From an uncultured bacterium (GTDB lineage: Bacteria; Hydrogenedentota; Hydrogenedentia; Hydrogenedentales; JAEUWI01): a stretch of 33,478 nt of DNA. Where the stretch lies: contig CAXBPH010000048.1 of the NCBI GenBank assembly GCA_963977445.1, forward strand, positions 1 to 33,478, given 5' to 3'. Below the pieces are notes generated by a model, which saw only the letters and a list, made by a program, of their open reading frames with translations, ran no database searches and was not told where the DNA came from. Shown here one piece after another: positions 16,681-26,693 of the stretch. Within the stretch, counting starts at the first letter, position 1. Each line of letters opens with the position of its first letter. Made by a program: the position numbers and the translations under genes.

Positions 16681-16895
16681 CTAATCGAAGATAGACCTCG
16701 AGCAAATCGAGCGTTTTATTTTTACGTCTTCGACGTAATGCCGACGAGCCGTCAGCGCTCCATAATTGTTGCGTCTTCGACACTATGTCGACGTACCGTT
16801 GCACGCCCTCTGAGGCGCCATCGCGTCCACGAAATGCCCTCGAGCGCCTACCGCATAGCGCGGTAGACGCCCCAGAGGGCTTTCGGGTGCCCCCC

Positions 16896-18176
16896 CTATC
16901 CCCGTTGTGCGAGCACCCGTGATTCGTAATCCTTTGCCTCTTGCAACCAGGCGGGGCCCACGGGAACTTCCTGCTGCAGGCAATAGTAGTCCCAGATGGC
17001 ACCATAGGGCAGGGTCTTGAGTTCTTCCAGCAGGGCCAGTCGTGCGGTATAGTCCCCGTCGCGCTCCAGTTGTTTCAGGGCGGCGGTGGGTTCGAGGAGG
17101 GCAATGAGCAGGGCCTTAATCGTGGCCCGTGTGCCCGTGGCCCAGGCGGCGATGCGGTTGATGCTCGCGTCGAAGAAGTCCAGCCCGATATGAACCCGTT
17201 TATCGAAGTTGTGGCGGACAATCTCCTCGGCAATGGCCCGGGTATCGTCGTTGAGCAGCACCACATGGTCGCTGTCCCAGCGCACGCCACGGCTCACGTG
17301 GAGGAGTACTTCGTCCACATAGGTCAATACGGACGACAGCTTGTCGGCGATGGTCTCGGTGGGGTGAAAATGGCCAGCGTCGAGGCAAAGCAAGGTCTTG
17401 TTGGCGATGGCATAACCCAGATAGAACTCATGGGACCCGACCACGTAGCTCTCGGAGCCGATACCAAAGAGTTTTGACTCCACGGCATCGAGGTTGTGGT
17501 TGGGATCGAGTTTTTCTGCAAAGACAGCATTCAGCGACTCCCGCAACAGGGCCCGTGGTGCCAATCGGTCGACAGGCACATCTTTATAGCCATCGGGAAT
17601 CCAGACATTGGTCACACAGGGCGAGCCCAGGGCTTTCCCCATGGCTGCGCCGATTTTTCGACTGGCGATGCAATGCTCAATCCAGAAATCCCGGATGCCT
17701 TTGTCATAGCTCGACAGGGTAAAGCCACTGTCGGCCATGGGGTGAGCAAAACAGGAGGGATTGAAGTCCATCCCGAGCCCCTGGGCTTTCGCCCAATCTA
17801 TCCAGGCCGTAAAATGTTCGGGAAGCAGTTCGTTTCGTGCCACCCTTTTTCCACCGGTTTCGGCATACATGGCATGGAGATTGAATCGGTGGGTACCGGG
17901 AATCAGGCGGAGCGCCTGCTCGACGTCCTGACGCAATTCGTCGGCGTTGCGGGCCTTTCCGGGGTAGTTGCCCGTGGCCTGAATGCCGCCGCCACTGCTC
18001 GAATCAACCGCTTCGAAACCGCCCACATCGTCGCCCTGCCAGCAATGGAGGGAAATGGCGATGGCCTGGAGCCGCTTGAGGGCCCCTTCCACATCGACGC
18101 CCAGATCAGCGTATCGGGCGGAGGCTGCCTGATATGCGGCGGTAACAACTTCGTCTTTCGGAGCACTATACTTCAT
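16896..18176 (-). CDS. rhaA: L-rhamnose isomerase
   Basis: [103 protein letters not shown] precedes ATG 18176. Confidence 0.97.
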   Translation of the reverse strand: MKYSAPKDEVVTAAYQAASARYADLGVDVEGALKRLQAIAISLHCWQGDDVGGFEAVDSSSGGGIQATGNYPGKARNADELRQDVEQALRLIPGTHRFNLHAMYAETGGKRVARNELLPEHFTAWIDWAKAQGLGMDFNPSCFAHPMADSGFTLSSYDKGIRDFWIEHCIASRKIGAAMGKALGSPCVTNVWIPDGYKDVPVDRLAPRALLRESLNAVFAEKLDPNHNLDAVESKLFGIGSESYVVGSHEFYLGYAIANKTLLCLDAGHFHPTETIADKLSSVLTYVDEVLLHVSRGVRWDSDHVVLLNDDTRAIAEEIVRHNFDKRVHIGLDFFDASINRIAAWATGTRATIKALLIALLEPTAALKQLERDGDYTARLALLEELKTLPYGAIWDYYCLQQEVPVGPAWLQEAKDYESRVLAQRG

Positions 18177-18385
18177 GGGTATCTCCCTGCAGAACACCGC
18201 TCGCGCGGTGGGTAGAGTTTCGATGGGAGACACATTGTACCCGAATGGGCGGGCTGATTTCCGTCTACCCCATGGAAATTCCATCGGCGAGCACCTCTGA
18301 GGGAGAGCGACTCATCCGTCGGGCGAGTATGCTATCGTAGATGAGCACAATTTACTCCTTTTTCAAAGACTTGGAGCTACGGCAC

Positions 18386-19591
18386 ATGCGTATTATTCTG
18401 AGAACACTGTCCGGCCTTCTACTGTTTGGTGCCAGCGGCTTCGCCGTATCGGCGGCAACGTTGTTCGCTATTCCGGTCCTCCCCGTGGAACGCTATATAG
18501 AGACCGATGCCGACACGGGGGCTACCCTGACCTATCTCTCCAGCAATCCTGCGAATGACCAAAACCTCTATTTTCACGAACGATCCTGGACGGCAGACGG
18601 GGCGGTAGTCCTGTTTGTGTCTGACCGTCCCGAGGGTGGTCTCATGGGCTATTTGACCGCCACGGGGGAACTGCTCCCTTTGGGACATGCCCTGGGAGGT
18701 ATCTCGGGAGCAACGGCGGCGATTGCGGGATGTGGCTTTTACGGTATTCGGGGTAATGACGTCATTGAAGTGACCCTTACGATATCACCCGCCGAGCCGG
18801 GCACAAGCGATTCCTACACCGTCGAGGCTTCGGTCCGCGTATTGACTACCCTGCCTGACGCCACACACTCAACATCGCTCAACGAGAACTGTGCGGGTAG
18901 CCTCCTCTCTATTGGCCGGGAGGGCGGGGATTCTGGAACGACCCCGGTCATTTACACCATCAATATCGCCTCGGGGGCGCTGACCGAGGTCTGCCGTGCC
19001 ACCAATTCGGTCCTCTCGGGAATACAACATGTACAGTGGAGTCACACCGATCCGAATATCCTCAGTTATGCGGGAGAAAAGCCCCGGCTCATGGTGGTCG
19101 ATATTCGCGACGGACATCCCAAGGCGGTCTATCGGGAGTGGGCCGAGGAATTGGTGACCCATGAATCCTGGTGGGTCCGTGATCAGATTATTTTCTGTGG
19201 TGGTACCCACCCCAAACCGACGGAAAATTCCCATGTGAAAGTACTCGATTTAAATACGGGTATTGTGCGCGTGGTGGGTGCAGGTGCCTGGTGGGCAGAC
19301 GGGAGTTCGGAAGCAATTTCACGGTACAATTGGTGGCATGCGGACGGTAGCGACGATGGCCGCTGGATAGTCGCGGACAACTGGTATGGTGATATCGCCT
19401 TGTTTGAAGGTAAGACCACCCGACCTCGACTATTAACCGGTAATCACCGGACCTATGGAAAAGGGAGTCACCCCCACGTCGGATTTGACCGCGCCGGAAA
19501 ATCCGTCGTCTTTACATCCCACCGGCGTGGTAATGCAGACGTATGTATCGCGACCATCCCCGAAACCTGGCAACAGGAGAATCCGTCCTAG
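18386..19591 (+). CDS. Exported oligogalacturonate lyase (Ogl/PL22)-like beta-propeller
   Basis: GGAG RBS and signal peptide MRIILRTLSGLLLFGASGFAVSA; D.DTGATLTYL, NLYFHERSWTADG, HVQWS, VTHESW, HPHVGFD..GKSVVFTS resemble Ogl-family motifs. Confidence 0.7.
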   Translation: MRIILRTLSGLLLFGASGFAVSAATLFAIPVLPVERYIETDADTGATLTYLSSNPANDQNLYFHERSWTADGAVVLFVSDRPEGGLMGYLTATGELLPLGHALGGISGATAAIAGCGFYGIRGNDVIEVTLTISPAEPGTSDSYTVEASVRVLTTLPDATHSTSLNENCAGSLLSIGREGGDSGTTPVIYTINIASGALTEVCRATNSVLSGIQHVQWSHTDPNILSYAGEKPRLMVVDIRDGHPKAVYREWAEELVTHESWWVRDQIIFCGGTHPKPTENSHVKVLDLNTGIVRVVGAGAWWADGSSEAISRYNWWHADGSDDGRWIVADNWYGDIALFEGKTTRPRLLTGNHRTYGKGSHPHVGFDRAGKSVVFTSHRRGNADVCIATIPETWQQENPS

Positions 19592-19637
19592 GGTGGACAA
19601 CTTGTGTTCGCACGCATGGCAAGAGGAGTAAAGAGAT

Positions 19638-20390
19638 ATGGGTAAAGTCGTTGGAATCATTCCCGCGCGCTACGCCTCTACCAGGCTGCCCGGTAAGGCA
19701 CTGGAAAACATTCTAGGCGTCCCCATGATCAAACGGGTCTATGATGCGTGCCTCCAATCGGACATACTCGACTCGGTCCATGTTGCGACAGAGGACGAAC
19801 GCATTGCCGATACCGTGCGGGCCTTTGGTGGCCAAATCATTATGACGTCCCCCGCCCATGCCAGCAGCACCGATCGCCTCGCAGAAGCGATTGAGGGTCT
19901 CGAGGCGGATATTGTCGTGAATATCCAGGGAGATTACCCCTACCTTGACCCCCTCATGATCCGCGAGTGTGTGGAGCCCCTGATTGAAGATGCCTCCCTG
20001 CCCATGTCGACCCTGATGCGCAATCTTTCCAATCCGACGGATCTCCACAACCCCGATGTGGTCAAAATTGTGGTCAATTTAAAAGGGGACGCCATGTATT
20101 TTTCGCGGGCACTCCTCCCCTTTCCCCGGGGCTACAGGGCCCATGGCGTCTGTGAACATATTGGTATTTTTGCCTTCCAGAGAGAGTTCCTGGCCGAATT
20201 TTCGACCTTGACCCCCACCCCACTCGAACAGGTGGAACGGCTTGAGCAGCTTCGGGCCCTGGAGCATGGCTATCGGATTCGGGTGACCCTCACCCAATGT
20301 GCCGACTCCGTATTGGCGGGATTCAGTGTCGATACGGCCGAAGACCTCGATCGTCTCGAAGAGATGCTGGAGAAACGGGGCATACATTGA
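19638..20390 (+). CDS. kdsB: 3-deoxy-manno-octulosonate cytidylyltransferase-like protein
   Basis: AGGAG RBS; IIPARYASTRLPGK, VATED, TDR, VNIQGD, VVK, YFSR, HIG, LEQVERLEQLRALEHG, SVDT.EDL. Confidence 0.88.
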   Translation: MGKVVGIIPARYASTRLPGKALENILGVPMIKRVYDACLQSDILDSVHVATEDERIADTVRAFGGQIIMTSPAHASSTDRLAEAIEGLEADIVVNIQGDYPYLDPLMIRECVEPLIEDASLPMSTLMRNLSNPTDLHNPDVVKIVVNLKGDAMYFSRALLPFPRGYRAHGVCEHIGIFAFQREFLAEFSTLTPTPLEQVERLEQLRALEHGYRIRVTLTQCADSVLAGFSVDTAEDLDRLEEMLEKRGIH

Positions 20391-20439
20391 CCCGCACGTG
20401 ACGCAGGCAACCTCCTTTCCGATTTAACCGGAGCATTCC

Positions 20440-21324
20440 ATGTCCGAATTCGTTGTCGCTGGCATCCAGCTGGGCAAACTCCTGCTTGCCGATGGGGCCT
20501 GGGGAACGAATCTCATGTCGGCAGGCCTGGACGTATCAACGGACTGCGCCGAACATTGGAACCTCACCCGACCGGAACAGGTGCGCCAGCTTGCTGCGGC
20601 GTTTCACATAGCGGGCGCCCAGGTCTCCACCACCAATACGTTTGGGGCCAACCGAATACGCCTCGCCCGGTTTGGTCTGGAAAAACAGCTCGTGGAAATC
20701 AACGCGACGGGGCTCAGACTCACGCGGGATGCCACACACCACCAGACCCTGATCGCGGCCAGTATGGGGCCTACCGGACTCAAAGACATTCTCTCCCGGC
20801 GGGTAGAGATATTCCAGGCGTTTGCAGAACACGCACAGGTATTGGTTGATAACGGGGCCGACGTGCTGTTGCTCGAAACCATGACCTCCCCAGAAGAAGC
20901 CGAAATCGCCTTGGAAGCCCTGCACACAACGGTATCGACGCCGGTGGTATGCTCCTACGCCTTCACCCGGGGAAGCTCGGGAGATTTCACAACCTGGTCG
21001 GGTGCCACGGTAGAATCCGCCCTCCTCACGGCCCAAGAGGGCGGGGCCTTCATGGTCGGAGCCAACTGTCTGCCTGCAGATGACGCCCTGGATACACTCC
21101 TGACAAGAATCCATGCAACGACCCCCACCCTCCCCATCTGGCTGAAACCCAATGCCGGCTCCCCCATCCCACGGGACGGCGAAGTCGCCTACGCCCGCCC
21201 CGTCCACCTGCTCCCACTATCTTCTGACCGCCTGACGGCCCTGAACGTGGCGGTGTTGGGTGGCTGTTGTGGCACGACGCCGGCGCACATTGGCCACCTG
21301 AGAGAACGTCGCGCGGCCTGGTAG
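20440..21324 (+). CDS. Stand-alone homocysteine S-methyltransferase domain protein (MetH N-terminal domain-like)
   Basis: LLADGAWGT, TNTFGAN, SMGPTG, LLETM, GANC, KPNAG, GGCCGTTP.HI (Zn-binding cysteines). Confidence 0.9.
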   Translation: MSEFVVAGIQLGKLLLADGAWGTNLMSAGLDVSTDCAEHWNLTRPEQVRQLAAAFHIAGAQVSTTNTFGANRIRLARFGLEKQLVEINATGLRLTRDATHHQTLIAASMGPTGLKDILSRRVEIFQAFAEHAQVLVDNGADVLLLETMTSPEEAEIALEALHTTVSTPVVCSYAFTRGSSGDFTTWSGATVESALLTAQEGGAFMVGANCLPADDALDTLLTRIHATTPTLPIWLKPNAGSPIPRDGEVAYARPVHLLPLSSDRLTALNVAVLGGCCGTTPAHIGHLRERRAAW

Positions 21325-21595
21325 TTCCTGCGAGGCCCGAAGGCGGGCGGCCAGCGATACCTGGAAATACCCATCGTTTCGGTGGCCTCGCCCTCCTATT
21401 ATCTCCATCAACAAACTATCGGTCTATATCATCGACGCGAAGATTGCCCCAAATTGACCTCACTCCTGATAGAATGTATCAGGTATAGACGGGCGGCGGG
21501 TCCAGGAACCCGGTTGGAGAATCAATGAGTCTTGTAAACGAACGCGTATTGGGACCGGTCACCGAGGTGGTTGGATTTCATGGGGGGAGATTCCT

Positions 21596-23497
21596 TTGAC
21601 CTGGCTGGCCCGACTTTCCCTTCGGCAGAAACTCATGCTCATCTCCGTCTCACCCACGGTCGTCGCATTGCTTCTCATGCTCGTAAGCAACCTCTTTCTG
21701 GATCGTCAGGCCTACCGTAAGATTCTTGAAAATGAACTGGACAGCACAGCTAGAATGCTGGCTTTCAACAGTACCGCCTTGCTGGAGTTTGGTGAAAAGC
21801 TGGCCGGCATTAAGCTGCTGGAAGCAACAAGTATCTACCCGGATATCGACTACGCCTGTATTTTCGACCGTAATGGGGAACGATTCTCCGAATATCTCCG
21901 GGCCGACTCCTCCTTTGTCGACAAACCTCAATCACCGAGGGATAGGGGTATCTTTTTCGAGACCAGCGCGGTCCACCTCTACCACCCCATCATGCTTGGC
22001 GACGAACGTCTGGGTACAATTTATCTTCACTCGACGATGGCCCAGCACAATGAGCAATTGAGAAAGACCAGCACCTACATCGTACTCCTCTTGTTCCTAT
22101 CCGCGCTGGTCGGGTTAGTGTTCGCCTTTCGAGTCCAACGCCTTATCTACAACCCCGTCATTCAATTGGCTGGCGCCGCCCGAACCATCACGCGCACCAA
22201 TGACTACAGTCTTCGCGTGATAAAACAGAGTGACGATGAGTTGGGCGATCTCGTTGACCAATTCAACCGAATGCTCCGTCGCATTCAGACGCAGAATACC
22301 GCATTAAAAAGTGAAATTATTGTGCGTGAAGGAACCGAGCAGCAGTTGACAGCGGCCAACGAGGAACTCCAATTTGAAATTGGGCAACGGGTACAGGCGG
22401 AAGGGCAGTTGGGCGTATTACTCGACGACCTGGAAAAGAAAAACGCAGAGCTGCAGGATTTCGCCTATGTCGTATCCCACGATTTGAAAGCCCCGCTCCG
22501 CGGTATCAGCTCTCTCGCCACCTGGCTTATCAAGGACTACGGCGATGTCATGGATGACAAGGGTATCAAGTACCTGAATCAACTCAAAGATCGCACCCGT
22601 CGCATGCACACCTTTATCGAGGGCATCCTGCAATACTCCCGACTTGGACGGGCCCCGATGAATAAGGAGCTCCTTGACACCCAACAACTGGTGCAGCAGG
22701 TTATCGAAACCCTGAATCCTCCCGAAACGGTGTCCGTTCTTATTCCCGAGCCGCTGCCCATGGTTTACTATGACAAATTATTTCTTATACAGGTCTTTCA
22801 AAACCTGATTGGCAATGCGCTACAGCATATGGGAACGCCCGATGGTACGATCACCATCGGATACACCGAGTTGGAAGCGTCGTGGGAGTTCTTCGTAGAA
22901 GATACAGGCGTCGGAATCGAGTCGCAGCATCATGAGCGAATTTTTAGAATATTCCAGAGTCTTCAGAAGCGGGAGACCGGTGATTCCAGCGGTATCGGCC
23001 TGACGCTGGTTAAGAAGATCATCGAGCGAAACGGCGGTGAGATTCGCGTAGAATCGACTCTTGGCGAGGGCACTACTTTTCTGTTTACCGTGCCCATTCG
23101 CGCCGAGCGCGGTTTGCCTTCGACTTCGCTGACCATATTCATCCTCGACGCCAATGAAGACTATGCGCGCCATACCACCCGGCTCCTTCGAAACCTGGGA
23201 CACAAGGTTCGGGCGGAAACGTCGTGGCAGAAGGGTAAGCAATTGCTGGCACAAGGCAACGTCATCCCCGATGTCATACTCATTGATCATACGAGTCTCA
23301 AGAATAACGTGGAAGAAACGTTGGCGGAACTCCACAGGACCTATCCCGTCGCGCAAATAATTGCCTGCATACCTAAGTCGTCCGATCAGAAAAACAGCGT
23401 GGATAACACGATGCCCTTCGCCGGGCTTATAATAAAACCGTTTACCTTGGATAAAATGAATGCTATCCTCGTAGATACACCCAATACGGACGTGTAA
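21596..23497 (+). CDS. Membrane sensor histidine kinase (sensor-HAMP-HisKA-HATPase) with degenerate C-terminal REC
   Basis: GGGGGAG RBS then TTG; two TM helices; DELGDLVDQFNRML; ELQDFAYVVSHDLKAPLR (phytochrome-kinase-like H-box); NLIGNA, DTGVGI, FQSL, GIGL; C-terminal ILID...KPF. Confidence 0.93.
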   Translation: MTWLARLSLRQKLMLISVSPTVVALLLMLVSNLFLDRQAYRKILENELDSTARMLAFNSTALLEFGEKLAGIKLLEATSIYPDIDYACIFDRNGERFSEYLRADSSFVDKPQSPRDRGIFFETSAVHLYHPIMLGDERLGTIYLHSTMAQHNEQLRKTSTYIVLLLFLSALVGLVFAFRVQRLIYNPVIQLAGAARTITRTNDYSLRVIKQSDDELGDLVDQFNRMLRRIQTQNTALKSEIIVREGTEQQLTAANEELQFEIGQRVQAEGQLGVLLDDLEKKNAELQDFAYVVSHDLKAPLRGISSLATWLIKDYGDVMDDKGIKYLNQLKDRTRRMHTFIEGILQYSRLGRAPMNKELLDTQQLVQQVIETLNPPETVSVLIPEPLPMVYYDKLFLIQVFQNLIGNALQHMGTPDGTITIGYTELEASWEFFVEDTGVGIESQHHERIFRIFQSLQKRETGDSSGIGLTLVKKIIERNGGEIRVESTLGEGTTFLFTVPIRAERGLPSTSLTIFILDANEDYARHTTRLLRNLGHKVRAETSWQKGKQLLAQGNVIPDVILIDHTSLKNNVEETLAELHRTYPVAQIIACIPKSSDQKNSVDNTMPFAGLIIKPFTLDKMNAILVDTPNTDV

Positions 23498-23513
23498 AAG
23501 GAATAAGTCGCCT

Positions 23514-23948
23514 ATGAAGAAGGACATTCCCATACTCCTGGTGGAAGATGACGACGTTGATGTCGAGAATGTTGTCCGTGCTTTCGAAGAGAACGGTATC
23601 GTCAATCCCCTTTACGTGGCCCAACATGGTGAGGAGGCGCTTCAGCTCCTTCGATTCGGACCGCCCGAAGCGGCGTATCCCGAACCGCTATGTCCAGGAC
23701 TCATTCTCCTGGATATAAACATGCCCATCATGAACGGCATCGAACTCTTGGGACACCTCAAGCAAGATCCCGCCCTGCGATCCATACCTGTTGTCGTGCT
23801 GACGACCTCCCAGGAGGAGACCGACCGACAGGAAAGCTTCAAGCATTCCGTGGCGGGCTATATTATCAAGCCGGTAGAGTTTTCAGATTTTGTCAATGCA
23901 GTCCGTGTCGTAGAGCAATATTGGACGCTTTCCGAATCGGCAACCTAG
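23514..23948 (+). CDS. Single-domain response regulator, Rcp1/CheY-like
   Basis: ILLVEDDDVD, LILLDINMP.MNG, IPVVVLTTS, YIIKPV.F..F, YW. Confidence 0.93.
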   Translation: MKKDIPILLVEDDDVDVENVVRAFEENGIVNPLYVAQHGEEALQLLRFGPPEAAYPEPLCPGLILLDINMPIMNGIELLGHLKQDPALRSIPVVVLTTSQEETDRQESFKHSVAGYIIKPVEFSDFVNAVRVVEQYWTLSESAT

Positions 23949-23952
23949 GAGT

Positions 23953-24561
23953 ATGTCTGTGCAATCTCAATTGATTCGTGTTCTCCTGGTAGACGACGAC
24001 GAAATTGATCGCGAATCCCTCGCACGTCACATTGACGATGTCGGCCTTCCCTATTCCCTGGTTGCCTGCGGATCAAAGAAGGCGGGGTTGGCCGAGCTTG
24101 AGCGCCAGCGTTTCGATGTCGTTTTGCTCGACTTCGAATTGGGCGACGGCACCGGTCTGGAGTTGCTTTCTGCCGTACCCGATACCCCGGCCATCCTCAT
24201 TACGGGATGTGGCAGTGAGGAGGTTGCCATCGAGGCGATGCGCCTCGGCGCAAGTGACTATCTCATAAAGGATACCGAACGCAGCTACCTGACGGTTCTG
24301 CCCATCACTATCGAAAACGTTCTGGCCCGAAAACGCGTCGAAGACGAACGGGAGCGGCTGATAGTCGAGTTGCAGGAGGCCCTTGCCCAGGTCAAATCCC
24401 TCCGCGGAATTCTCCCCATATGTGGTCACTGCAAAAAGATTCGCAACGATCAGGGATATTGGAGCGAAGTGGAGCAATACGTTTCTGCCCATAGCGAGGC
24501 AGAGTTTTCCCATGGATACTGCCCCGAATGCCTGGAGATCGAATTGGAGAATCACCCATAG
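23953..24561 (+). CDS. Response regulator: REC, coiled coil and C-terminal Cys/His putative Zn-binding domain
   Basis: VLLVDDD, LLDF, GASDYLIK; then LPICGHCKKIR...W..VE.Y...FSHGYCPEC. Confidence 0.9.
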   Translation: MSVQSQLIRVLLVDDDEIDRESLARHIDDVGLPYSLVACGSKKAGLAELERQRFDVVLLDFELGDGTGLELLSAVPDTPAILITGCGSEEVAIEAMRLGASDYLIKDTERSYLTVLPITIENVLARKRVEDERERLIVELQEALAQVKSLRGILPICGHCKKIRNDQGYWSEVEQYVSAHSEAEFSHGYCPECLEIELENHP

Positions 24562-24706
24562 GCATCTGCGGTGCGGGTTGCTGGCATTCCACCATCCTTT
24601 GAATTAAGCGAAGCCATGGGCAGGCGGAGTCAGACGCCTAGACCTTCGGTAGTACAGTTTGGCATGCTATCGTCTTGCTCACTCAATAAACGCTCAGGGG
24701 AGCCTC

Positions 24707-25759
24707 ATGTACCGATTATTTATTGCCCTTTTTGTAGTTGTCTCTATGACCAGCCCGTCGCAAGAACTGAACGCCACCTTGACCTGGCACCAGAAAGTTG
24801 CTGAGCCGCCGGGACACCATGCGTTTACCGACCTGGTGCGCTTCAAAGGGTACTATTACCTGTGCAATCGCGTCGGCTCCGGGCACGTTTCCATGGATGG
24901 CGTCATCGAGATTCGGCGCAGCACCGACATGAAGGTCTGGGAGGATTGTGGCACGATCAAAACGCTGGGCGATGATCGGGACCCCCACTTCGCGGCCACC
25001 GAAGACCGACTCTACCTCTTTTTCGGCGTTTGGGATACGCTCCATGGCACCGGCAATACGCCACCGGAGCGCCACAACGTTCGCTCCCACATGGCCTCTA
25101 CCGAAGATGGCACTACGTGGTCCGCCGTACAAGGCCTGTATGAACCCGGCTGGTGGTTATGGCGCGTCCGTATGATTGACGACATGTTTTATTCCGTTGC
25201 CTATACGGCATTACGACCGGTCCCGGAATTTCGTGAATCCCGCCTGCTCCGGTCTCCGGATGGCATCCAGTGGGAACTGGTCAGCACCATAACCCGGGAT
25301 TTTATGGCGGGCGAAGCCGATCTCTGGAGACGGGACAAAGAATCGTTTGCCGTGCTTTCCCGGACCGGTGGCAGTGAACCGGCGCGCCTCTTCAGCAGTG
25401 ATGCCAGCCTGCGGGTCTGGGAAAATGTACCGATGAATGCCATGGTCCACTCCCCTGTGGTGGCTTTCTGGTATGACCACATATTCGTGGCAGGCCGGGG
25501 CGAGGTTGATGGCAAGCATGTCACAAAGCTCTGGGAACTACACGGGGTGGAACTACGAGAATTAATGGTGTTGCCCAGCGGAGGGGACAATGCCTACCCC
25601 GGGCTGATTCCCGTGCCCGAGTCTCTGGAAAAAGGTGACCCCCGGCTTTATATCAGTTGGTACTCCCAGACCGATGCGGACACGGGCGAAAAAGAACCCA
25701 ATGGCGGGGCCGGTGTCTATGTAGGCGAGATCACGCTTACCCATGGACAGAGCGAATAG
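24707..25759 (+). CDS. Exported sialidase/BNR-like beta-propeller hypothetical protein
   Basis: GGGGAG RBS before ATG 24707; signal-peptide-like N-terminus; HHAFTDLVRF, RDP, Asp-box-like STEDGTTWS and RSPDGIQWE, WLWRV, LPSGGDNAYPG, ISWYS. Confidence 0.7.
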   Translation: MYRLFIALFVVVSMTSPSQELNATLTWHQKVAEPPGHHAFTDLVRFKGYYYLCNRVGSGHVSMDGVIEIRRSTDMKVWEDCGTIKTLGDDRDPHFAATEDRLYLFFGVWDTLHGTGNTPPERHNVRSHMASTEDGTTWSAVQGLYEPGWWLWRVRMIDDMFYSVAYTALRPVPEFRESRLLRSPDGIQWELVSTITRDFMAGEADLWRRDKESFAVLSRTGGSEPARLFSSDASLRVWENVPMNAMVHSPVVAFWYDHIFVAGRGEVDGKHVTKLWELHGVELRELMVLPSGGDNAYPGLIPVPESLEKGDPRLYISWYSQTDADTGEKEPNGGAGVYVGEITLTHGQSE

Positions 25760-25793
25760 ATGCTCTCGAAATCCGGACAGTGACCGTAATACC

Positions 25794-26693
25794 ATGACAA
25801 CGACACACGAGGATTCAACCGGCGAAGCAACCGACCAACGGACACGCAACCACAGGCCAGCGTGGCGATTTGTGGGTATCTTTGTCGTTCTGGTGTTGTT
25901 GCAACTCACGGTCTATCGCTATGGGGTGAATAGCTGGTTGAATGATGTGTATCTCTTCAACGTAGCTCGCCATACCCGTTGGGTGCTTAATACGCTGGGC
26001 GATAGTGCCACCATGGAAAAATTCAGTCCGCCCGTGGCCCCCGAAGAGGCGCGACGAATAATTGCGGGTATGGAACGGAAAACAAACCGGCCTTCTGTCA
26101 GCGATCCCGCCCCCCTCAGCGCCTGGGAGCGATGGCGCTATAGGGCACTGACGTCGCGACAATCCCTGCGTGGACCGGAAGAATTGGGCCCCAAAGTCTC
26201 CTTCGTTTTACGACCGGGCATCCACCACCGACTGCGGGCGCTGGAAAGGGAACGACAAGCGGCGCAAACCCGAGTTCCACCTGATGGAGCCCAACTGAAA
26301 ACGTTAGACGGTCGCATCGGGGCATTGCGGGATGAATTGACCGCAGGCCTGAAGGATCCCGTTATACGTCAACAACAGGCGGGTCAGCATTTTACCTTTC
26401 AGGTCATTCCGTCGTGTGGTGCCATAGAGATTGGCGCCATTTTCCTGGCCGCAGTCATCGCTTTCTCGGCACCCTGGCGTAGCCGCGCCTGGGGCCTCCT
26501 TCTCGGCCTTCCCATTCTCTATCTCGTCAACATTGCCCGTCTTGTCTGCCTGGCGGTTATCGGCGCGTTGGACCGCGAGGGACACTGGTTCAATTTTGTT
26601 CATGAATACGTCTGGCAATCCGTCTATGTCGTATTCGTCGTTGTTTTGTGGCTTGTCTGGGTGGAATTGGCCCTCCGAAGGCAAACGCGATGA
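25794..26693 (+). CDS. Exosortase/archaeosortase family protein (exosortase H-like) with large loop insertion
   Basis: Cys-Arg-His triad in family context: FQVIPSCGAIE, VNIARL, FVHEYVWQ; AVIAF.APWRSR..GLLLG; multiple TM helices. The start could be 25743 or 25794. Confidence 0.88.
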   Translation: MTTTHEDSTGEATDQRTRNHRPAWRFVGIFVVLVLLQLTVYRYGVNSWLNDVYLFNVARHTRWVLNTLGDSATMEKFSPPVAPEEARRIIAGMERKTNRPSVSDPAPLSAWERWRYRALTSRQSLRGPEELGPKVSFVLRPGIHHRLRALERERQAAQTRVPPDGAQLKTLDGRIGALRDELTAGLKDPVIRQQQAGQHFTFQVIPSCGAIEIGAIFLAAVIAFSAPWRSRAWGLLLGLPILYLVNIARLVCLAVIGALDREGHWFNFVHEYVWQSVYVVFVVVLWLVWVELALRRQTR

